This document shows positions 35,295 through 42,277 of a DNA stretch of 44,578 nucleotides, one piece after another. The stretch lies in contig CAYYYM010000001.1 in NCBI GenBank assembly GCA_964476325.1, positions 1 to 44,578 on the forward strand. The letters run 5' to 3'. The notes under the pieces were generated by a model, which saw only the letters and a list, made by a program, of their open reading frames with translations, was not told the origin of the DNA and ran no database searches. Position numbers and translations under genes: made by a program. Positions within the stretch are counted from its first letter, which is position 1, and every line of letters begins with the position of its first letter. This DNA is from an uncultured Candidatus Saccharibacteria bacterium (GTDB lineage: Bacteria > Patescibacteriota > Minisyncoccia > UBA6257 > GWB1-50-10).

Positions 35295-36945
35295 CGCGCT
35301 CACCGTCGCGCTCGTCGCCGGTGCGGCGTACCTCGTTTTCAAAAACGCTCCCGCGCGCGACGTCACGGTCGACTTTTCGTACGATGAGCCTGCTTACGTC
35401 GGCGCTCCCTTCGACGTCATGCTCTTTATCCAAAACAACACCGGCCAGCTGCTCAAGGACGTCTCGCTGCAGGTGCCGGAGCGTAAGGACCTTTCCGTCC
35501 TGAGCGGCACGACCGAACCCGTCGGCGAAATCGGCGCGGGTGTCCTCGTGAAGCGGACCATCCGCGTCATCGCCGCCCCGCGGGAAAAAGGAGGTGCCGA
35601 GTATCGCCTCACGGCGGAACTCTCGTACCGGATCGGGGAAGGGGATTTTGAACAAACGTACTCTCACGCCCTCACCGTCGGCGCCGCCGCGCTTGACGTG
35701 AGCGTCACGGCACCTCCCCAGGTGGTGAGCGGTTCCGAGTTCGACGTCACGCTCCGTTACGAAAATGTTTCCGACATCGACATACCCGGCGTGTCCGTGG
35801 AGCTCGAGAAGCCGTCTGAATTCACGGTTACGCACACGTCGGCAGGCGGCTCCTGGGATATCGGCGACGTTCCGGCCGCGGCGGACGGCACGTTTTCCTT
35901 CAGTGGATTCTGGTACGACGCCGATTCGTCCGGCGTGCCGCCGGCGCTCACCGTCACCCTGCATTCGCATCTCGGCACGGAGGCGTATCCGCTTGCGACT
36001 CACGACATACCGCTGCAGGTGAGCGCGTCGCCGCTCTCGCTCTCTGTCGCAAGCGACGCAGGGACCGTCGCGCGGGCCGGCGACACGATTACCTACACCG
36101 TGAGCTACTACAACCAGAGCGGCATCGCGCTGCGTGACGTGACGCTCACTGCGAACCTCATCGGCGAGATGTTCCGCCTGAGCTCCGCCGTTTCAAACGG
36201 CTATTTCGATGCAGAGCAGGGGCAGTTCCGGTGGGACAAGCGGAACATTCCCGCATTCGAGCTCCTGCCGCCGGGGAGCCGCGGTGCGGTCGAGATACGG
36301 GCGCCGCTGCGCTCCGATTTTCCCATCCGCCGCCTGAGCGACAAGAACTTTGCGGCTAAGCTCGAGGCGCGCATCACGTCGCCCACGACGCCGTACTACG
36401 TCCACGCGAACGAGCTCTCGTCGGTCGTGCAGTATACGGTGCATATCACGGGCGAGGTGCGCCTCTCCGCCGCGGGCTACTACCGCGATGCCGCAAGCGG
36501 CATCGCGAACCAGGGCGTCTTTCCGCCGCGGGTCGGCGAAGCGACGCAATACACGATTCATTGGAAACTCAAGAACTATTCCACCGATGTGCGGAACGTC
36601 GTCGTACGCGCCAAGCTTCCCGACAACGCGACGTTTACCGGTACGGCGAAGCAGACGGACGGGGAAGCGCCGTCGTACGACGCCGGCACGGGCGAGGTGG
36701 TGTGGAACGTGGGGGACTTGGCCGCAACGCGGGGTGTTTTAGACGCGCCGCCTGAAGCCGTTTTCCAGGTTTCAGCGACGCCGGACGCGTCCATGCGCGG
36801 TTCGTACGAGCTGCTCCTCTACCAGACGCGCCTCACGGCCGAAGACGTCTTCACCGGCACGGCGCTCTCCGACACGGCCGATTCGCTCACGACGCGGCTT
36901 CCGAGCGATGCGACGGTATCACTCACGGAGGGGGTTGTGCAATAA
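35224..36945 (+). CDS. N-terminally anchored surface protein with DUF11/CARDB-like beta-sandwich repeats
   Basis: Start at MAKRTHAKQPHILSVLTRVIIGLSALTVALVAGAAYLVF, the only canonical start before the TM helix. Repeated motifs of the type GDTITYTVSYYNQSGIALRDVTLTANL. Confidence 0.6.
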   Translation: MAKRTHAKQPHILSVLTRVIIGLSALTVALVAGAAYLVFKNAPARDVTVDFSYDEPAYVGAPFDVMLFIQNNTGQLLKDVSLQVPERKDLSVLSGTTEPVGEIGAGVLVKRTIRVIAAPREKGGAEYRLTAELSYRIGEGDFEQTYSHALTVGAAALDVSVTAPPQVVSGSEFDVTLRYENVSDIDIPGVSVELEKPSEFTVTHTSAGGSWDIGDVPAAADGTFSFSGFWYDADSSGVPPALTVTLHSHLGTEAYPLATHDIPLQVSASPLSLSVASDAGTVARAGDTITYTVSYYNQSGIALRDVTLTANLIGEMFRLSSAVSNGYFDAEQGQFRWDKRNIPAFELLPPGSRGAVEIRAPLRSDFPIRRLSDKNFAAKLEARITSPTTPYYVHANELSSVVQYTVHITGEVRLSAAGYYRDAASGIANQGVFPPRVGEATQYTIHWKLKNYSTDVRNVVVRAKLPDNATFTGTAKQTDGEAPSYDAGTGEVVWNVGDLAATRGVLDAPPEAVFQVSATPDASMRGSYELLLYQTRLTAEDVFTGTALSDTADSLTTRLPSDATVSLTEGVVQ

Positions 36946-36985
36946 TCTTTACGTTCCGTCCGTTTCCGTCTATCATCCCTTATAT

Positions 36986-38284
36986 ATGAGTATATTGGAG
37001 AATATCACGGCGCTTGCGAAGCGCCGGGGGTTCATCTATCCCGGGAGTGAGCTCTACGGGGGTCTCGGCGGCACGTGGGACTACGGCCCCCTGGGCGTCG
37101 AGCTGAAAAACAACATCAAACAGGAGTTCTGGCGCTCCATGGTCCAGCTCCGTGACGACGTCGTCGGTCTTGACACCGCCATTTTCATGAACCCGAAGGT
37201 ATGGGAAGCGTCGGGCCACGTGGAGGCGTTCACCGACCCGCTTACCGAGTGCAAGCAGTGCAAGCGCCGGTTCCGTGCAGACCATATCAAGGACACATGC
37301 CCTGTATGCGGCGGGGAGCTGGGGGAACCGAAGCGGTTCAACCTCCTCGTCGAAGCCGGGCTCGGCGCCGTGGAAGGCGCGAAGCAGAAGGTGTTTCTCC
37401 GCGGAGAAATCACGCAAGGTGTACACGTGAATTTCAAGAACGTCCTAGACTCGTCCCGCGTGCAGATTCCATTCGGCATCGCGCAAATCGGCAAGGCGTT
37501 CCGCAACGAAATCACGCCGGGACAGCTCACGTTTCGCTCGCGCGAGTTCGAGCAGATGGAGCTCCAGTTTTACATCAAACCCGACGCGAAGGAATCCAAA
37601 AAGTGGTACGGCTACTGGAAAGTGGAACGTATGAACTGGTACTTGTCTCTGGGCTTCACAAAGCAGCATCTCCGCTTCCGGCAGCACGAAAAAGAGGAGC
37701 GGGCGCACTACGCGAGAGACGCGTGGGATATTGAATATGATTTTTCCTCCGGCGGAGACCACGAATGGAAGGAACTTGAAGGTGTACATCATCGGGGCGA
37801 CTGGGACTTAAAACGACACGAAGAATACTCGGGCGTCGATTTGCACTATACCGACCCCGAGACGGGAGAGAAATATCTCCCCTGGATCATCGAGACCTCG
37901 GGCGGCGTGGACCGGGCGGCACTCTTCTTCCTCGCCGATGCGTATACGGAAGAGAATGACCGGACGGTCCTGAAGCTGCACCCGAAACTCGCTCCCTACA
38001 AAGTCGCCGTTTTCCCGCTTCTCGCAAACAAGCCGGAACTGGTGAAAAAGGCGCATGATGTCTATGACTCCCTGAAACCGCGTTTTATGACTGCGTGGGA
38101 TGACCGGGGAAACATCGGCAAGCGATACCGCGCGCAGGACGAGGCGGGGACGCCGTTTACCGTGACCGTTGACTTTGACTCGCTTGAGCACGACGATGTG
38201 ACGGTGCGGGACCGGGACAGTATGGAGCAGGAACGGGTTGGTATATCCGAGCTGGGGAGTTATCTGGAGCAAAAACTCGCGTGA
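36986..38284 (+). CDS. glyQS: glycine--tRNA ligase (alpha2 type)
   Basis: Start at MSILENITALAKRRGFIYPGSELYGGLGGTWDYGPLG; FRNEITPG, class II motifs. Confidence 0.93.
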   Translation: MSILENITALAKRRGFIYPGSELYGGLGGTWDYGPLGVELKNNIKQEFWRSMVQLRDDVVGLDTAIFMNPKVWEASGHVEAFTDPLTECKQCKRRFRADHIKDTCPVCGGELGEPKRFNLLVEAGLGAVEGAKQKVFLRGEITQGVHVNFKNVLDSSRVQIPFGIAQIGKAFRNEITPGQLTFRSREFEQMELQFYIKPDAKESKKWYGYWKVERMNWYLSLGFTKQHLRFRQHEKEERAHYARDAWDIEYDFSSGGDHEWKELEGVHHRGDWDLKRHEEYSGVDLHYTDPETGEKYLPWIIETSGGVDRAALFFLADAYTEENDRTVLKLHPKLAPYKVAVFPLLANKPELVKKAHDVYDSLKPRFMTAWDDRGNIGKRYRAQDEAGTPFTVTVDFDSLEHDDVTVRDRDSMEQERVGISELGSYLEQKLA

Positions 38285-39552
38285 ACAATTTTGAAACCTA
38301 CAAAATGAGCAACGGCATCGAGGTCATCCTCGTGCCGATGCCGCAGAGTCCCGCAACGACGGTTATGGTGACCGTCAAGGTTGGCTCTAAATATGAGACG
38401 AAGGAGATTTCGGGTCTTTCGCATTTCCTCGAACATATGGCGTTCAAGGGGACGGTGAAACGACCGCGGCCGGGCGATATCGCGGAAGAGCTTGACGGTT
38501 TGGGCGCCCGCTACAACGCGTTCACCGCCCAAGAATCAACCGCATACTACGCGAAAGCAAGAAACGCGCTCGCTCCACGGCTCATTGAAATCGTCTCCGA
38601 CCTCTACCTCCACCCAACGTTTCCCGAAGCCGAGCTCGAGAAAGAACGCGGCGTCATCATCGAAGAAATTAACATGTATGAAGATATCCCGATGCGGAAG
38701 GTTGAGGAGTCCTTTTACCATCTCCTTTACGGCGACCAGCCGGCGGGGTGGAGTATCGCGGGGAGGAAAGAGGTCGTCGGGAGTATGAAGCGCAACGAAT
38801 TTATCGCGTACCGCACCACGCATTACGTTTCGGGAAACACCATCGTCACCGTCGCGGGTGGCTACGACCCACAGGCGATTCGCGGACTTCTCGAGGAAGC
38901 GTTCGCGGCCGTTCCCCGGGCTCCCGAGACGCCACTGCCGCCCGTCGTGGAGCAGCAGAGCGCGCCGTGTACTTCCTTCGAGAACAAATCGTCCGACCAG
39001 GCGCACCTTGTCATCGGATTCCGCGCGTTCAGCGTGCATGACGAGCGGAAATACGCCCTCATGGTGCTTGCGGATATCCTGGGCGGCGGCATGAGTTCCC
39101 GGCTCTTCACCAAACTGCGGGACGATATGGGCGTCGCTTACTATGTGCACGCCGACGATGACCTTACGACAAACAGCGGTATCATTGCGGCGGATGCCGG
39201 CGTGAGCGCGGGACGAGTCGCGGAAGCGACGGAGGCGATTATCCGCGAATTCGAGCGGTTCAAAGAAGAACCGGTTTCCGACAGTGAGCTTGCGAAGGCG
39301 AAGGAACACCTCGTCGGCAACTTTTTCCTGTCCCTCGAAACCTCCGACAGCCTGGCGAATATGTACACGGGACAGCGCGTCGACGGGCTTGCCGTCATGA
39401 CGCCCGAGCAGTTTGCGGCGAAGACCCAGGGGGTAACCGCGCGGGAGATTCAAGATGTCGCCCGAGCGCTTTTCGTGAACGAGGGACTCAACATGGCGGC
39501 CATTGGTTCCTTCAAACAGGAGGGGCTTGGTGATATAGTAAAGATGTCATGA
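38281..39552 (+). CDS. M16-family (insulinase/pitrilysin-like) zinc peptidase
   Basis: GTG start overlapping the glyQS stop (GTGA). HFLEHMAFKG (HxxEH). Confidence 0.88.
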   Translation: MNNFETYKMSNGIEVILVPMPQSPATTVMVTVKVGSKYETKEISGLSHFLEHMAFKGTVKRPRPGDIAEELDGLGARYNAFTAQESTAYYAKARNALAPRLIEIVSDLYLHPTFPEAELEKERGVIIEEINMYEDIPMRKVEESFYHLLYGDQPAGWSIAGRKEVVGSMKRNEFIAYRTTHYVSGNTIVTVAGGYDPQAIRGLLEEAFAAVPRAPETPLPPVVEQQSAPCTSFENKSSDQAHLVIGFRAFSVHDERKYALMVLADILGGGMSSRLFTKLRDDMGVAYYVHADDDLTTNSGIIAADAGVSAGRVAEATEAIIREFERFKEEPVSDSELAKAKEHLVGNFFLSLETSDSLANMYTGQRVDGLAVMTPEQFAAKTQGVTAREIQDVARALFVNEGLNMAAIGSFKQEGLGDIVKMS

Positions 39553-40559
39553 AGACGACGAAGATTGAGGTGAGTTGGGGGACGTTGTGGCAGCTGCTCC
39601 TCTTTATCGCGCTCGCCATCGTGTTCTTCAACGCCGCGGGGGTTTGGGCAGCGCTCTTCGGCGCCATCGTCATCTCGCTCGGCATCGACCCGGTCGTCGG
39701 CTTTCTCGAGAAGAAGGGGGTGCACCGGTTCTTGGGAACGCTCGCGGTCTTCATCGTCGGCATCGGCATCGTCGCGGCCGCCGTGTATTTCCTCATCCCC
39801 ACGCTCGCGGGGCAGATCGGCGCGTTTATCTCCCGATTCAACGAGATTATCGCGAAATTCTTCGGCATCGGCGTTCCCCAGTCCGTCATCGAGACGCTGA
39901 GCCAGAACATCACGCAGATATTCCAGACCGTCACGTCGGGTGACGTCGGCGGGACGATTTCCAAATTTCTGCAGAACGTCCTCTACGTCGCCGCCGCGTT
40001 CGTCATCAGCTTCTACCTTTCCATAGAGAAGGACGGACCGGAGCGGCTCATGCGCGCCATCCTGCCCGACGCGTACGAGAAAGCGGTCCTTACCGTTTTC
40101 GGCAGATTCGCGCGGAAGGTGCGCTGGTGGCTCTCCACGCAAATCGGGATGAGCCTCTTCATCGGCGTGATGGTCGCTCTCGGGATGTGGGTGCTCGGCG
40201 TGCCGTACGCGCTGACGCTCGGCGCGCTCGCCGCACTTTTTGAGCTCCTGCCGGTCATCGGCCCGGTGCTCTCCGGCGTCACCGCCTTTCTCATCGCCAT
40301 CTCGCAGTCGCCGATACTCGGACTCTACGTCGCCATTTTCTTCATCGTCCTGCAGCAGCTGGAGAACCACGTGCTTATCCCCATCGTGATGGGGAAGTCC
40401 GTCCGGGTCCACCCGGTCATCATCCTGATATCGCTTCTCGCCGGCGCGAAGGTCGCCGGCATCGCGGGCGTCGTGCTCGCCGTGCCCATGGCACTCCTCG
40501 CCCAGGAAACGTTCAGCTATTTCTCGGAGCGGAAGTCGGCACGCCGACAGCTCCTGTGA
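39549..40559 (+). CDS. AI-2E family transporter (PerM/UPF0118)
   Basis: ATGA overlap with the upstream stop. About 7-8 TM helices. LFELLPVIGPVLSGV and VHPVIILISLL are typical. Confidence 0.85.
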   Translation: MKTTKIEVSWGTLWQLLLFIALAIVFFNAAGVWAALFGAIVISLGIDPVVGFLEKKGVHRFLGTLAVFIVGIGIVAAAVYFLIPTLAGQIGAFISRFNEIIAKFFGIGVPQSVIETLSQNITQIFQTVTSGDVGGTISKFLQNVLYVAAAFVISFYLSIEKDGPERLMRAILPDAYEKAVLTVFGRFARKVRWWLSTQIGMSLFIGVMVALGMWVLGVPYALTLGALAALFELLPVIGPVLSGVTAFLIAISQSPILGLYVAIFFIVLQQLENHVLIPIVMGKSVRVHPVIILISLLAGAKVAGIAGVVLAVPMALLAQETFSYFSERKSARRQLL

Positions 40560-41395
40560 CGCCCCTTCTCGACGCACACGCGCATCCGCAGTTCCCGCAC
40601 TACGACGGGGACCGCGACGCTCTGCTCCGCCGCGCGCGGAACGCGGGCGTCGTCCGCATCGTCGCCGTCGGGACGAGCGCCGAGGACTCCCGGAAAGCCG
40701 TCGCGCTCGCGGAACGGGAACCTGACCTCGTCCGCGCGACGGTTGGGATTCACCCCGCGGAAAGGAATGAAGTTGAACTTCCTTCCATGGAAGGAAGTTC
40801 AACTTCATTCCATTGGGATTTTGTCCGCGATCTTGCGTATCACCAGCTCGTCGTCGCCATCGGCGAGTGCGGTCTGGATTACTTCCGGATAGAAGGAGGA
40901 GACGACGAAAAGTCCTACCAGCGCGAGTTGTTTTTGAAACATATCGCGCTTGCCCGGGAGGTCGGCAAGCCCTTGATGATTCATTCCCGGCCGTCGCAGG
41001 GAACGTATGACGCGTACGAGGAGATTTACGAGACACTGCGAGCGCAGCAGCCCGTACCGCGTTTCATCATGCATTTCTTCGTCTGCGATGACGTCGCGCT
41101 CGCGAACAAGTTTCTCAAGCTCGGTGCGTACTTCACCTTCGGCGGCGTGCTCACGGTCACGCACCAGTATGACGAGACGGTCCGGACGCTCCCGCTCGAG
41201 CGGCTTATGACCGAAACGGACGCACCATTCGTCACACCTCTGCAGGAGCGGGGTAAGCGCAACGAGCCCGCGTTCGTGAAATATACTTTGGAGCGCCTCG
41301 CGGAATTGAAGGAGACGGACATTGATTCCTGCGCCGCGCAGATTCTCAAAAACGCCGATTCCATATTCGAAAATTCGAAAAGGGGCTTTGATTGA
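40556..41395 (+). CDS. tatD: TatD-family metal-dependent hydrolase
   Basis: GTGA overlap with the upstream stop. LLDAHAHPQF, AIGECGLDY, PLMIHSR, IMHFF, MTETDAPF, RNEPAFV. Contains the 48-bp palindrome. Confidence 0.88.
   Translation: MTPLLDAHAHPQFPHYDGDRDALLRRARNAGVVRIVAVGTSAEDSRKAVALAEREPDLVRATVGIHPAERNEVELPSMEGSSTSFHWDFVRDLAYHQLVVAIGECGLDYFRIEGGDDEKSYQRELFLKHIALAREVGKPLMIHSRPSQGTYDAYEEIYETLRAQQPVPRFIMHFFVCDDVALANKFLKLGAYFTFGGVLTVTHQYDETVRTLPLERLMTETDAPFVTPLQERGKRNEPAFVKYTLERLAELKETDIDSCAAQILKNADSIFENSKRGFD
40764..40811. repeat. 48-bp perfect palindrome inside the tatD reading frame
   Basis: GGAATGAAGTTGAACTTCCTTCCA|TGGAAGGAAGTTCAACTTCATTCC. All 24 pairs were checked by hand; 20/48 G+C. 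The length is a multiple of three. Confidence 0.9.
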
Positions 41396-41437
41396 TTTCG
41401 GGAATCTAACAGTTGTTAGATTCCCGAAATCAATCAA
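41388..41437. repeat. hairpin with perfect 23-bp stem and 4-nt loop, overlapping the tatD stop codon
   Basis: TTGATTGATTTCGGGAATCTAAC, loop AGTT, GTTAGATTCCCGAAATCAATCAA. All pairs were checked by hand; each arm is 8/23 G+C. Confidence 0.9.
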
Positions 41438-41489
41438 GGAAAATAGAAAGCCCGCATCGGTGTATAACCGACACGGGCGATGATTGCTC

Positions 41490-42137
41490 CTAGTGGTGCT
41501 GGGCGAACAAGAAATGCTCCTTTGGTCCCCACCTCTGGTTCGCCGATTTGGTGGTAATCGTCAGGATGTAGTTCGCTTCGGACGTGAGATAGAAGACCCT
41601 GCCGCCGCTACTTGTTTTGACCGGCTCCATTGCCACTGTCACACCCTCTCTCAAGAGCGTTGAGAAAGGGTCTCTCCTATAGCTGTCATGGATTTGCAAC
41701 GCGGCCTCCGGCGGAACCAGATTGAGGCGGATGAGTCCCGCGCGATTGAGAATCTCACCCAAGGTGACCTCTTCGTCGAATCCGAGTTCCTCAACCCTGA
41801 CATCCACCAGCCCGATCACGCTTCCTAGGGAGCGTGGCGTTGTCTTCCTGCATATCTCCTTCGCGACGATGCTCACGTCGCATCGGCTGTCTTTCTCAAG
41901 TTTCCTGACGACTCTCTTGAGGAAGTCCTTTTGCGATTTATATCCGCCAGTTTCGACAACTAAGCTGTGCTCGAAACGCGGATTGTACAGCGTTTCCAGG
42001 AGTGCTTTCCTGAGCATCCGGGGAACGCTGTTCCAGTCCCGTATCAGCTCATGGTTGTTTATTGCCGACACCTCCCCGGCGACAATCGCGAGAAATTCTT
42101 CCTTCACTTCATCGACGGTTTTCGTTTCTTCCATCAT
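41490..42137 (-). CDS. hypothetical protein (no recognised domain)
   Basis: 215-aa ORF with SD GGAAGGAG 5-6 nt upstream and visibly lower G+C than its neighbours. No motif I recognise. Confidence 0.55.
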   Translation of the reverse strand: MMEETKTVDEVKEEFLAIVAGEVSAINNHELIRDWNSVPRMLRKALLETLYNPRFEHSLVVETGGYKSQKDFLKRVVRKLEKDSRCDVSIVAKEICRKTTPRSLGSVIGLVDVRVEELGFDEEVTLGEILNRAGLIRLNLVPPEAALQIHDSYRRDPFSTLLREGVTVAMEPVKTSSGGRVFYLTSEANYILTITTKSANQRWGPKEHFLFAQHH

Positions 42138-42208
42138 ACTTCTCCTTCCGCACCCCTTGGATTTGATGTTTCGCAGGCTCGTTATTCAATTGATAAAGGT
42201 GCGGTTTG

Positions 42209-42217
42209 GTTATACCA
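42209..42217 (-). promoter_or_regulatory. extended -10 box TGGTATAAC upstream of the orphan gene
   Basis: The minus strand reads AGATATGGTATAACC, about 71 nt upstream of the ATG at 42137. It shares TATGGTATA with the hsp20 and rpsO upstream regions. Confidence 0.35.
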
Positions 42218-42277
42218 TATCTCCTCGGTCTGTCAATCAACTTTACGTTTCCCACTTTTCACCGTACGCTTATCTGT

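Noticed and set aside
40764-40811. Sequence relationship between the tatD palindrome and the 23-nt tsaD/RAYT motif (shared TGAAG..GAACT).
   Set aside because: The similarity needs gaps and covers only about 10 nt, which is not distinguishable from chance. I treat them as unrelated sequences that may share a mechanism.
39450-41036. A 528-aa minus-strand ORF spanning three plus-strand genes. The ORFs at 17168..18199 and 18802..20244 are similar.
   Set aside because: It crosses gene boundaries of the well-supported AI-2E, tatD, nusA and hppA genes. It has R/D/E/G-rich composition and no motifs, so it is a shadow ORF.
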